Positions 39,002 through 48,332 of a stretch of DNA of 64,000 nt are shown here, piece by piece. Position 1 is the first letter of the stretch; each line of letters begins with the position of its first letter. The position numbers and the translations under genes were made by a program. Source of the DNA: an uncultured Nitrospiraceae bacterium (GTDB lineage: Bacteria > Nitrospirota > Thermodesulfovibrionia > Thermodesulfovibrionales > Dissulfurispiraceae). The notes below the pieces were generated by a model. It did not search any database. It saw only the letters and a list, made by a program, of their open reading frames with translations, and was not told where the DNA came from. The DNA lies in NCBI GenBank assembly GCA_903822005.1, contig CAIJNL010000026.1, forward strand, positions 14,421 to 78,420, read 5' to 3'.

Positions 39002-39595
39002 TCAAAGCGTTATCAGCCCCGAGAAGCCGGTGAAGGCCAGCGCTATCATGCCGGCGATAATAAAGGCCATCGGCAGCCCCCTGAACGGGACAGGGATGTC
39101 CGCAAGCTCTATCTTTTCACGTATACTCGCCATTATTATCATGGCCAGCGAAAAGCCGAGGCCCGAGCCGAGCGCGAATGCGATGCTCTCGATAAAACTG
39201 TACTTGTTGCCGACATTCATTAGCGGGACAGCAAGGATTATGCAGTTGGTCGATATCAGCGCAAGATAGATTCCGAGCTTGTAATAGAGTCCGGGCGACA
39301 CTTTCCGCATGATCGTGTCGGAACCCTGCACGAGTCCTGCAACCACCCCGATGAATACAATGATCATCAGGAACTCTATCCCGAGCGGCACCATGACAAA
39401 CCTGAAGACAAGCCAGCTAATCGCGGCACTTATGACCATTACGGCCGTGAATGTGATACTCATCCCGATTGCCGTCTCCATCTTCTTCGAGACGCCAAAG
39501 AATATGCAGAGACCAAGAAACCAGGTAAATACGAAATTATTTACCAGCGATGCCGATACAATCAGTTCAAACAGCTTTATTAATTCCGCACCCAT
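39002..39595 (-). CDS. rnfA: Rnf complex subunit A
   Basis: 197-aa six-TM protein, with the RnfA/NqrE-family pattern (NNFVFTWFLGLC) and the expected operon position. Confidence 0.9.
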   Translation of the reverse strand: MGAELIKLFELIVSASLVNNFVFTWFLGLCIFFGVSKKMETAIGMSITFTAVMVISAAISWLVFRFVMVPLGIEFLMIIVFIGVVAGLVQGSDTIMRKVSPGLYYKLGIYLALISTNCIILAVPLMNVGNKYSFIESIAFALGSGLGFSLAMIIMASIREKIELADIPVPFRGLPMAFIIAGMIALAFTGFSGLITL

Positions 39596-39607
39596 AACAG
39601 ATCTCCT

Positions 39608-40240
39608 TTAGTGCGCCCCAGGCTTTGCCGCATAGCGCGCGTAAAGCCAGTTGAAGAGCGCCATCAGAATGCCTACCGCAAAAAAGCCCCCGGCCGGCAG
39701 AACAAGTATAAGAAGCGGCTTGGCGCCGATAATAGACACTCCCAGTATCGTGCCCTTTCCGAACAGCTCCCTGAAAATGCTTATAAATACCAGGGCCACA
39801 AGAAATCCGAGGCCCATGCCAAGACCGTCAAAGAGCGACGGGGTGAGCCTGTTTTTGCTCGCGAACATCTCGGCCCTCGCAAGGATAGATGCAAATGCCA
39901 CTATCAACTGTATATAAAGCCCGACTTCCTTGTATACATCGGGGACATAAGCATCCATCAACAGGTTGACCACTGTAACCCAGCCCGAAATAACAAGCAT
40001 AAAGATTGGCAGCCTGATCCTCTGGTGTATGAACTTGCGCATGGCAGAGACGGTCAGATTCACCATGACCTGCACGAACACTACCGCAACCCCCATGAAA
40101 AAACCATTCTTGAGGCTGGTCGTCACGGCTATGGCAGGGCATAAACTGAGCGCAAGCTTAAAGATGGTGTTCTCCTTGAGTATGCCGTTCTTTATCAGTT
40201 CCCAATAGCTGATTTGATTAGCGTCCGACATGCCCGGCAC
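39608..40240 (-). CDS. rnfE: Rnf complex subunit E
   Basis: 210-aa polytopic membrane protein of the RnfE/NqrD family (LCPAIAVTTS). The start could be M4 (40231). Confidence 0.88.
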   Translation of the reverse strand: MPGMSDANQISYWELIKNGILKENTIFKLALSLCPAIAVTTSLKNGFFMGVAVVFVQVMVNLTVSAMRKFIHQRIRLPIFMLVISGWVTVVNLLMDAYVPDVYKEVGLYIQLIVAFASILARAEMFASKNRLTPSLFDGLGMGLGFLVALVFISIFRELFGKGTILGVSIIGAKPLLILVLPAGGFFAVGILMALFNWLYARYAAKPGAH

Positions 40241-40802
40241 CTCCGCCCGTAATCGTTGCCTTGATGAACTTCACTCCGTTTCTTACAGCATCGTCGGTAA
40301 CAGCGCGGCTCGATATCGTAGCGCCTGTTATCGCCTGGACATATTCCGTCGTCTCTGTCTTGAGCACCTTCAGATGATCGGCATCCTTGCCTTTAAGCAG
40401 GTCTGTAAATGAATCTTCTTCTATCTCGTCCCCAAGGCCGGGGGTCTCTTTCTGGTCAAGGATCTTCACCTTTTTGACCCTGAAATCCCTGTCGACCGCT
40501 ATCAGCGTGTTGATATAACTCGAATAGCCCTTGCCGTAAGACTGTACTATGTACCCTATGGTAGCCTCGCCTTTTTTTGCCACAAAGTACTTGGCGTCCT
40601 TTTCGTGTATCTTCCAGTCGCCGAGCTTCTCTATCTTGTCCGCGTCAGGTACCAGGCTCTTCAGTGCCAACTCTTCAGCTACAACCTTATTGTGATACCT
40701 TATCGGAGATGTAGCAGCATGAACAAGCGCGATGATAAGCCCTCCGGCAATATAAATTACTGCAAGATTGAGGGTTATTTTAAGTATGTCCTTTCCGGTC
40801 AT
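40218..40802 (-). CDS. rnfG: Rnf complex subunit G (FMN-binding)
   Basis: It has an N-terminal TM helix and the covalent-FMN site motif ITGATISSRAV. The start at MTGKDILK (40802) forms an ATGA overlap with the rnfD stop. Confidence 0.85.
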   Translation of the reverse strand: MTGKDILKITLNLAVIYIAGGLIIALVHAATSPIRYHNKVVAEELALKSLVPDADKIEKLGDWKIHEKDAKYFVAKKGEATIGYIVQSYGKGYSSYINTLIAVDRDFRVKKVKILDQKETPGLGDEIEEDSFTDLLKGKDADHLKVLKTETTEYVQAITGATISSRAVTDDAVRNGVKFIKATITGGGAGHVGR

Positions 40803-41815
40803 TTCAGCAGGCCCTTTCTCTCGGCGGCGCCAAAGACGTTCGACCTGAAACTCCTGTCTATAAGCGGCGAGAAACAGTTCATTAACAGGATGGCAAACAT
40901 TACTCCCTCCGGATATCCGCCCTTGAGACGGATGAGCATGGTCAGAAAACCGCACCCTATGCCGAAGATTATCTGGCCTTTCCTGATCGAAGGGGATGTC
41001 ACATAATCGGTTGCCATGAAAAAGGCGCTCAAAATTATACCTCCGCTCAGAAGGTGCAGAACCGGATCACCTGTAAAAAGGCCTTCGCTGCCGCCGAATA
41101 CCCAGGCTAACAGACCGGCTGTGGAGAGGAAAGAAACCGGTATATGCCAGCTGATGTAACGCCTGTAAAGCAGGAAAGCCGCACCCATAAGCAGTGCGAC
41201 GACAGATGTTTCGCCGAGCGAACCGGGCCTGTGGCCGAAAAGCATGTTCGTATAGAGATTGAGATAGGTGCCCGAATGTTCGAGAAGCTTCTGCAGCCCC
41301 TCTTCCTTGAGGATGCCCAGTGGCGTTGCCGTAGTCTTTGCATCAATAAATACAAAGGCCGCTGTCGGCTCGAGCCAGACAGTCATGAGTTTTGGAAAAG
41401 ATATCTGCACAAATGCCCTGCCGATCAGCGCCGGGTTGAATATGTTAAACCCGAGACCGCCGAACAGCTGCTTGGCAAGCACTATCGCCACGAATGATCC
41501 GACAAACGGTATATATAACGGTACTGATGGAGGGAGAGTGAGCCCGAATAACAGCCCCGTCAGAACGGCGCTGCCGTCATCAATAGTGACCCTTTTCTTC
41601 AACGCCTTCTGGTATCCGTACTCGCACAGGACGGCAGTGGTTATAGATACGGCGATTATGGCAGCAGCCATAGGGCCGAAAAAGTATATGCCCATAAGCG
41701 CAGCCGGCAGAAGTGCCAGATTTACACTCCAGACTATATGTTGTGTAGTCTCTTCGCTCCTTATGTGGGGACTCGTTGAGACAATAAGCCTGTTTTGATC
41801 CCTGCTCCGTTCCAT
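40799..41815 (-). CDS. rnfD: Rnf complex subunit D
   Basis: 338 aa. It has VSTSPHIRS at the N-terminus, the RnfD/NqrB polytopic pattern and a flavinylation motif region. Confidence 0.9.
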   Translation of the reverse strand: MERSRDQNRLIVSTSPHIRSEETTQHIVWSVNLALLPAALMGIYFFGPMAAAIIAVSITTAVLCEYGYQKALKKRVTIDDGSAVLTGLLFGLTLPPSVPLYIPFVGSFVAIVLAKQLFGGLGFNIFNPALIGRAFVQISFPKLMTVWLEPTAAFVFIDAKTTATPLGILKEEGLQKLLEHSGTYLNLYTNMLFGHRPGSLGETSVVALLMGAAFLLYRRYISWHIPVSFLSTAGLLAWVFGGSEGLFTGDPVLHLLSGGIILSAFFMATDYVTSPSIRKGQIIFGIGCGFLTMLIRLKGGYPEGVMFAILLMNCFSPLIDRSFRSNVFGAAERKGLLK

Positions 41816-41874
41816 CCTGTATCCTCTTAGTCCAATGCCATATTATTCATATTAAGCTGTTATTCCCGGCTGCC

Positions 41875-43179
41875 CTACGGCTTGACCAGAGACTTGGCCA
41901 GCCTCACCAGCTGCACTATCGGCCGTTTTGAAGGGCACACATAAGTACATGAGCCGCATTCAAAACAGTCGAAGAGATTATACTCTTTACTCATCTCATA
42001 AAAACCTTTTTCAGAGGTTACGCTCAGCATGGACGGCATAAGCCCCATCGGGCAGATCTCTATGCACCTGCCGCAGCGGATACAATTCCTGAACTCGCCG
42101 GCGTGAGCAACCCCGTCTTCAGGCAGGACCAGTATGCCCGAAGTGCCTTTGGTAACAGGCACGCTCAGGTCGGAAAGCGCAAATCCCATCATGGGCCCGC
42201 CCGCTATCACCTTGGCCGCCGTCGTCTTGAATCCGCCGCACTCTTCTATGATGTCGGATACAGGTATACCCACCTTGACAAGCAGGTTGGCAGGATAGTT
42301 AATGCCTTCTCCGGAGACCGTAATTACCCTCTCGACAAGCGGTTTACCATACCTGACCGCCTCGTATACAGCCATTGCAGTGCTGATATTCAGCACAAGT
42401 ACACCTACATCCATTGGAAGACCGCGCTCAGGGACCGTCCTGTTAAGCGCCGCCTTTATGAGCATCTTCTCGGCGCCCTGTGGATACTTCACGGGAAGGC
42501 TTAGCACGGATATTTGGGGCTCGCCCGCAGCCGCCTTTGTCATGATCTCTATTGCCTCGGGTTTATTGTCCTCGATGCCTATAATGGTCTCTGTGACACC
42601 AAGTATCATCATGATTATCTTTGTGCCCTCGATGATCTCACGCGCATTCTGCAGCATAACCCTGTAATCGGCTGTCAGATACGGCTCGCATTCAGCTCCG
42701 CTGATAATCACCACATCTATCGGCTTTTCCGCTGGTGGAGAAAGCTTCACATGTGTCGGGAACGCGGCCCCGCCCATGCCGACAATGCCCGCGTCCTTTA
42801 CCATATGCTTCAGCTGGTCGATGAGAAGCGACTGGTAATCCGGCCTGTCGCTAAGCGGTATCCACTCCTCGAGAAAATCATTTTCAATGACTACGGAAGA
42901 AACCATCTTGCCCGTAACGCCCGGATAGTCGCAGACAGAAATGACCTTGCCTGATACAGAAGAGTGCACCGGGGCAGATACAAACCCCTCGGGCGTGCCT
43001 ACGACTTCGCCTACTTTTACGCGCTGGCCTATCTCGACAGCCAGCTTGCAGGGCGCGCCTATATGCTGGCTCAGCGGGATAATGACCTGCTTCGGCGCCC
43101 TCGCCCTTCTTATGGCCCTGTCCCTGGCCAATTCCTTGCTGTCGGGTGGATGTATGCCGCCCTTAAATGTAAATTGCAT
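41875..43179 (-). CDS. rnfC: Rnf complex subunit C
   Basis: 434 aa. It has MQFTFKGGIHPP at the N-terminus, GMGGAAFPTHVK and two CxxCxxCxxxCP motifs. Confidence 0.92.
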   Translation of the reverse strand: MQFTFKGGIHPPDSKELARDRAIRRARAPKQVIIPLSQHIGAPCKLAVEIGQRVKVGEVVGTPEGFVSAPVHSSVSGKVISVCDYPGVTGKMVSSVVIENDFLEEWIPLSDRPDYQSLLIDQLKHMVKDAGIVGMGGAAFPTHVKLSPPAEKPIDVVIISGAECEPYLTADYRVMLQNAREIIEGTKIIMMILGVTETIIGIEDNKPEAIEIMTKAAAGEPQISVLSLPVKYPQGAEKMLIKAALNRTVPERGLPMDVGVLVLNISTAMAVYEAVRYGKPLVERVITVSGEGINYPANLLVKVGIPVSDIIEECGGFKTTAAKVIAGGPMMGFALSDLSVPVTKGTSGILVLPEDGVAHAGEFRNCIRCGRCIEICPMGLMPSMLSVTSEKGFYEMSKEYNLFDCFECGSCTYVCPSKRPIVQLVRLAKSLVKP

Positions 43180-43302
43180 GACGCTTCTTCCCCATAATGT
43201 TGGATTGTAACGATACTTCGAATTACTGAACCATAAATTGCCAGTACTGCATCTATTGAAATATATGAAATGGCTTAATTTATTTATTAATGATGAGTAG
43301 AA

Positions 43303-43332
43303 ATATTACATCAGAACTTTTAAAAAATGCAA
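43303..43332 (-). promoter_or_regulatory. Candidate rnf operon promoter (TTGCAT-18 nt-TAATAT)
   Basis: Minus strand: TTGCAT (plus coords 43327-43332) and TAATAT (43303-43308) sit in an AT-rich 250-bp gap, about 120 nt upstream of the rnfC ATG. This is motif evidence only. Confidence 0.3.
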
Positions 43333-43428
43333 GAGGGGAAACGAATTTTTCAACTGTTTTTCCGATGGGCCATGGCCCCGGAAGTTTGATGACCAGCTGT
43401 CAAGAATGGGATTATTCTGCCTGCTCGT

Positions 43429-44073
43429 TTACTCCTTCCAGCCATACTCGCCAATAAGAGGTACAAATGCGCAATTGGTATAGGATTCCTTCACGATTTC
43501 ACCCCGGACCTTCCTGCCTTTTAGAAGCACCTGCGAATACCGCTCGCCGACCGGAACTACAAGGATGCCCCCCTCTCTGAGCTGGTTCACAAGAGGAGCC
43601 GGAATTTCGGGCGCGGCGGCGGTGATGATAATGCGGTCAAAAGGCGCCTTGTCTTCCAGTCCAAGCGTTCCGTCTCCCGCAAATACATGTACATTCTTAT
43701 AGCCGAGAGACTCCAGGGTCCTGCCGGCGCTTTCGGCAAGAGCAGATACTCTTTCGATGGTATAGACATCGCCCGCCAGTTCGCCTAAAATGGCTGCCTG
43801 ATACCCCGAGCCCGTGCCTATTTCGAGCACTTTTTCAGAACCTGTCAGTTCGAGGAGTTCGGACATTATCGCCACCATATACGGCTGGGATATGGTCTGG
43901 CCCTCGCCTATCGGTACGGCCCTGTCTTCGTATGCAGCCGATCTCGTTGACTCCGGCATAAAGATATGCCTCTGTACTTTTTTCATCGCCAGCAGCACCG
44001 GCTCGTCCCTGATGCCGCGAGGAACAAGCTGCGTATCAACCATGAGTTCTCTCAGCCGCCGGTAGTCTTCCAT
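43429..44073 (-). CDS. pcm: Protein-L-isoaspartate O-methyltransferase
   Basis: From MEDYRRLRELMVDTQL (44073). It has TISQPYMVA and the SAM motif VLEIGTGSGYQAA, and shows the conserved surE-pcm pairing. Confidence 0.9.
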   Translation of the reverse strand: MEDYRRLRELMVDTQLVPRGIRDEPVLLAMKKVQRHIFMPESTRSAAYEDRAVPIGEGQTISQPYMVAIMSELLELTGSEKVLEIGTGSGYQAAILGELAGDVYTIERVSALAESAGRTLESLGYKNVHVFAGDGTLGLEDKAPFDRIIITAAAPEIPAPLVNQLREGGILVVPVGERYSQVLLKGRKVRGEIVKESYTNCAFVPLIGEYGWKE

Positions 44074-44810
44074 GTCTTTTTCAGTACTTCGAGCGCGGCA
44101 TAATTTGTGAGATCGAGATGCACCGGTGTTACTGATATATAGCCTTCGAGTACCGCCTGCATGTCCATGTCCTCTCCCTGTTCCCATATGGGCTTGCCCC
44201 CGCCGATCCAGAAATGCTTTTCTCCGGAAGGCGAATACAGTTCCTGAATTGCGTTGTCGTACGCACGTTTGCCCTGAGTAGTAATGCGTATGCCCCTGAG
44301 CGCCTCTTTCTGCCTGTTAGGGACATTAACATTCAGAAGGGTGTCGTCAGGTAGATTCTTGTCAAGGATATACCGGGCGACTTCAATGGCAAACGGCACA
44401 GCCACATCATAATGAAAAGGCCTGTCCCCGGCCAGTGAGATTGCGAATGAAGGGACACCGAGCAGTGTGCCCTCCATTGCGGCAGAGACAGTTCCCGAAT
44501 AGGTAACGTCGTCCCCGAGGTTCGCGCCCCTGTTTATGCCTGCTGCCACAAGGTCCGGTTTGCGGGGCAATATTTTAGTTATGGCAAGCGCAACACAATC
44601 GGTAGGAGTGCCATTGGTATTGTAGACCCGGTCCCGCATCTCCTCTATCCTGAGAGGCCTGTGCAGGGTAAGGGCGTGGCTCACTGCGCTCCGCTCCCTG
44701 TCCGGCGCCACGATATACACTTCGCCGATCTCAGCCATCGCCCTGGCCAGGGTGTGAATGCCGGGGGCGTTTATGCCATCGTCATTAGTTACAAGTATCA
44801 GCGGCCGCAC
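44052..44810 (-). CDS. surE: 5'/3'-nucleotidase SurE
   Basis: MRPLILVTNDDGINAPGI and GINRGANLGDDVTYSGTV are present. Confidence 0.93.
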   Translation of the reverse strand: MRPLILVTNDDGINAPGIHTLARAMAEIGEVYIVAPDRERSAVSHALTLHRPLRIEEMRDRVYNTNGTPTDCVALAITKILPRKPDLVAAGINRGANLGDDVTYSGTVSAAMEGTLLGVPSFAISLAGDRPFHYDVAVPFAIEVARYILDKNLPDDTLLNVNVPNRQKEALRGIRITTQGKRAYDNAIQELYSPSGEKHFWIGGGKPIWEQGEDMDMQAVLEGYISVTPVHLDLTNYAALEVLKKTWKTTGG

Positions 44811-45786
44811 AGGTCACCTCGCCCCTGAATTCACCCTCCGCTTCGCGGTAGAGATCATCAGCACAATGTCTGTATTTCGGAGAAAAATGCATTAGTTCAA
44901 GCCTGCCCACACGCGCTTCGCGGGCGATCCTGCCTGCAAGCGCCGCCGTAAGATGACTGCGCTCCATCGCCCGATCGGCATCCCTCGACAGAAAATAACC
45001 TTCGCAAAAAAGCACGTCGGACCCGGCCACAAAAGGGATTATCTTCCTGATATTTTCTTCGTCCGGAGAGACATCCATGACATACGTTATCTTTTCGCCT
45101 CGAGTAATCGTGGTCAGCGGAGCCAGCTCCTCCATCCTGCGGGGAACTCCGTCAACCTCGATGACCGTATCGGGCGGCGCTTGCAGCCTGATGGCCTTCT
45201 TCATCTCCGAAAGCCAGGGCCCTACAGGAAGCCCCATCTCCTGAAGCATGTCCTTATTTATGTTTATATGAAATTCCTCCTCAAGCGAATAGGCGAGCAC
45301 AGGTATTTCATGCTTTACATGTAGCGCCTTTACCCTCAAGAGAGGTTCATCGAGGATGATTTCATCAAAACGTCCTGACCGTCCGTCGATCCGGCAAAAC
45401 GAATTCTCGGCATAAAAACCTGCATGCTCGACCGAATCTGTTTTAATTTCGATGACCTCAATCCTGACCGGATACTCCTTTATCAGGTTCCAGCTGTAAC
45501 CCCGCAGCTTGCCTTCTACGCAGCTGATAATGTTTTCGGGACCGAATATCCTGAGCGGCTCATCCCTCCTCAACACAGCGCGCAGTATGGAATCAAAGCC
45601 GATGAAATGGTCCATATGGGTATGCGTGATAAAGATATCGCTGATCTTCAGGATGCTTCCGGTCTCGAGCCTTCTTATGTCTCCCGCATCGAAAAGGAGC
45701 GCCCTGCTCTCCCTCAATATGCGCACATAAAGGCTCGGGTCGTCAAAGGGACCGTTTACCGGATCGGCAATAAAAACTGGTTTCAT
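44785..45786 (-). CDS. MBL-fold metallo-hydrolase (RNase Z/BN-like)
   Basis: The HxHxDH motif is ITHTHMDHF. The start is chosen at MKPVFIADP (45786). The 132-codon N-terminal extension in the ORF track overlaps galT on the other strand and looks non-coding. Confidence 0.72.
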   Translation of the reverse strand: MKPVFIADPVNGPFDDPSLYVRILRESRALLFDAGDIRRLETGSILKISDIFITHTHMDHFIGFDSILRAVLRRDEPLRIFGPENIISCVEGKLRGYSWNLIKEYPVRIEVIEIKTDSVEHAGFYAENSFCRIDGRSGRFDEIILDEPLLRVKALHVKHEIPVLAYSLEEEFHININKDMLQEMGLPVGPWLSEMKKAIRLQAPPDTVIEVDGVPRRMEELAPLTTITRGEKITYVMDVSPDEENIRKIIPFVAGSDVLFCEGYFLSRDADRAMERSHLTAALAGRIAREARVGRLELMHFSPKYRHCADDLYREAEGEFRGEVTCAAADTCN

Positions 45787-45788
45787 AG

Positions 45789-45803
45789 TGCTATAATTAT
45801 AGC
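45789..45803 (+). promoter_or_regulatory. Extended -10 promoter candidate (TGcTATAAT) embedded in the 14-bp perfect palindrome GCTATAATTATAGC
   Basis: TGCTATAAT lies at 45789-45797, about 63 nt upstream of the galT ATG. The palindrome (45790-45803) also presents TATAAT on the minus strand, 9 nt from the MBL-hydrolase ATG. Confidence 0.35.
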
Positions 45804-45859
45804 TTAATATATATGTATCGTATCTGCAAACCGGCGTCACTGATATAGAGGAGGATTTT

Positions 45860-46858
45860 ATGCCCGAGCTGAGGAAAGACCCGATATCCGGACGGTGGGT
45901 CATCATATCCGTTGAGCGCGGCAAGAGGCCGACCGATTTCATTTCTCCGTCGCAAAAACGCAAGCTGGGCGGATTCTGCCCGTTCTGTCCCGGTAACGAA
46001 CACACTACCACACAGGAAATCGTTGCCTTCAGGCCGTCCAGCACCGCCCCCAATTCACCCGGATGGACCCTCAGGGTAGTCCCCAACAAATTTCCGGCGC
46101 TGCAGATACATGGAGAACTCAACAGAACAGGTGATGGCGTGTTCGACAAGATGAACGGTCTCGGCGCCCATGAGGTCATCATAGAGAACCCGGAGCATCA
46201 GCTCTCCCTCGCCACCATGCCCCAAAAAGCGGTCGAAGATGTTTTGTGGGCCTATTATTTCAGGCTCATGGACCTGAAAAAGGACTTCCGCCTCAAGTAT
46301 GTCCTGATCTTCAAGAATGAGGGCGAGATCGCAGGAGCGTCGCTTGAGCACAGCCACAGCCAGCTTATAGCCCTGCCTATTGTTCCGACGAGCGTCAAAG
46401 AGGAGATAGATACTTCCAAAAAATATTTTGACGACAAGGAGCGCTGCCTCCTCTGCGATATCATCAGCCAGGACCTGGAGTCAGGGAAAAGGGTCATCAG
46501 CGAGAACTCCAAATACGTGGCCATCGCGCCTTTTGCTCCGCGCGAGCCGTTTGAGACCTGGATCCTTCCAAAGAAACATGAGTCGAGCTATGCACCTTCC
46601 GACAAGAGCTTCACAGACCTTGCCGAGATACTTCAGCGCACACTCAGACAGCTCGACCGGGTGCTCGACACTCCTCCGTACAACTTCATCCTTCATACCT
46701 CTCCTTTCAAGGACGAGGTCAACGACTATTACCACTGGCATATCGAGATAGTCCCCAAACTTACACGGACCGCAGGCTTTGAATGGGGATCGGGGTTCTT
46801 CATCAATCCCACTCCGCCTGAAGAGTCCGCCAAATTCATGCGGGACGCTAAAATATAA
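45860..46858 (+). CDS. galT: Galactose-1-phosphate uridylyltransferase family (HIT-type nucleotidyltransferase/phosphorylase)
   Basis: It has the Zn site CPFCPGNE and the active-site SLEHSHSQL (HxHxQ). A GAGGAGG SD precedes the start. Confidence 0.82.
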   Translation: MPELRKDPISGRWVIISVERGKRPTDFISPSQKRKLGGFCPFCPGNEHTTTQEIVAFRPSSTAPNSPGWTLRVVPNKFPALQIHGELNRTGDGVFDKMNGLGAHEVIIENPEHQLSLATMPQKAVEDVLWAYYFRLMDLKKDFRLKYVLIFKNEGEIAGASLEHSHSQLIALPIVPTSVKEEIDTSKKYFDDKERCLLCDIISQDLESGKRVISENSKYVAIAPFAPREPFETWILPKKHESSYAPSDKSFTDLAEILQRTLRQLDRVLDTPPYNFILHTSPFKDEVNDYYHWHIEIVPKLTRTAGFEWGSGFFINPTPPEESAKFMRDAKI

Positions 46859-46862
46859 TCAA

Positions 46863-48332
46863 ATGAAGATAGCCCTGATATCGTCGGAGGCGGTGCCGTA
46901 TTCCAAGACTGGCGGCCTCGCTGACGTTGCCGGCACGCTGTACAGGGAATACATCCGCATGGGCCTGGATGTGTCTCTCTTCGTTCCTCTTTACAAAACG
47001 ACCTCTGTAAAGTTTGCGGATTCAATGACCGACACGGGTATATCACTGGACATACCGGTCGGAAGTGATATACAAAAATGCCGCCTCTTCAGGCTTGCCG
47101 CCAAAGGAAGCCCGCCTGACGCACGTGGCCAGGTTTATTTTATTTCGAATGCTGATTACTTCGACAGAGAAGAACTCTACGGGCCCCCGGAGGGCGACTA
47201 TCCGGACAATGCCGCCCGGTTTGCTTTCTTCTCAAAGAGCGTTCTTGAGGTCTGCAGGAAATTAAAGCTTAAATTCGATGTCCTCCATTGCAACGACTGG
47301 CAGACAGGTCTTATCCCGCTTTATATCGAGGCCCTTCGCCTGCGGGAAAAGCTGTTTGAAGATACAAGGACAATGTTTACCATTCACAACCTGGGATATC
47401 AAGGTCTCTTCCCGCCTTCCGCCCTGGACCTCACAGGGCTGGGACCCGACCATTTCACGCCTGAAGGCATAGAATTTTACGGTAATATCAATCTGCTAAA
47501 GGCCGGCATCATCTCTGCTGACATGGTGACTACAGTCAGCCAAACCTATGCAAAAGAGATACTTACCCCGGACAAAGGCTTCGGGCTGGACGGGGTACTC
47601 AGGACGCGAAAGGATGCGCTCTACGGGGTGCTGAACGGCATAGACTATAACGAGTGGAACCCTGCCGCCGATCCCGCCCTGCCGGCGTCATACGCCCAGT
47701 CCGACGCTGCCGGGAAAAAGATCTGCAAACAGGCGCTGATCTCTCACTGCGGGTTTACCGGCAAATCCGAGATGCCCATACTAAGCTTTATTGGCAGGCT
47801 CTCTGAACAAAAAGGCATTGTACTGCTTGCCGGTTCTATAAATGAATTAATGCGGCGCGGCCTGAAACTTTTTATACTCGGCAGGGGTGACGCGCACCTT
47901 GAGAAACTCCTTCGGGATTATGCAGGCAGATATCCGGGCGATATTTTTTTCGTGGCCGGATTCGACGACAGGCTCGCGCACCTTGCATACGCGGGCTCGG
48001 ACATCTTTCTTATGCCGTCGGTTTATGAGCCCTGCGGACTCGGACAGATGATAGCCATGAGGTACGGTACCGTACCGGTGGCAACCAACACCGGTGGTCT
48101 TGCCGACAGCATAACAGCCGAAACAAATGCAAGGCAGGACATGAATGGCTTTCTGTTCAATGAACATTCGCTGCCGTCATTCACCGCCGGAATCAACAGC
48201 GCACTTCAGGCATACGGCAACAGGAAAGTCTGGGCTAAGATTGTCTGCAGTGCGATGGGGACCGATTTCTCATGGCCCGGGTCAGCGGCAAAATATCTTG
48301 AATTATACAAGGGGACGGCGCACAATGGCTGA
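46863..48332 (+). CDS. glgA: Glycogen synthase (ADP-glucose type)
   Basis: MKIALISSEAVPYSKTGGLADV is the classic GlgA N-terminus (KTGGL). About 489 aa. The ORF-track start at 46779 is rejected. Confidence 0.93.
   Translation: MKIALISSEAVPYSKTGGLADVAGTLYREYIRMGLDVSLFVPLYKTTSVKFADSMTDTGISLDIPVGSDIQKCRLFRLAAKGSPPDARGQVYFISNADYFDREELYGPPEGDYPDNAARFAFFSKSVLEVCRKLKLKFDVLHCNDWQTGLIPLYIEALRLREKLFEDTRTMFTIHNLGYQGLFPPSALDLTGLGPDHFTPEGIEFYGNINLLKAGIISADMVTTVSQTYAKEILTPDKGFGLDGVLRTRKDALYGVLNGIDYNEWNPAADPALPASYAQSDAAGKKICKQALISHCGFTGKSEMPILSFIGRLSEQKGIVLLAGSINELMRRGLKLFILGRGDAHLEKLLRDYAGRYPGDIFFVAGFDDRLAHLAYAGSDIFLMPSVYEPCGLGQMIAMRYGTVPVATNTGGLADSITAETNARQDMNGFLFNEHSLPSFTAGINSALQAYGNRKVWAKIVCSAMGTDFSWPGSAAKYLELYKGTAHNG

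Noticed and set aside
45787-46182. 132-codon N-terminal extension of the MBL-hydrolase ORF (track start 46182)
   Set aside because: The extension overlaps galT on the opposite strand and has Ser/Pro/Cys-rich junk-like sequence. The conserved MBL domain begins right after MKPVF at 45786.
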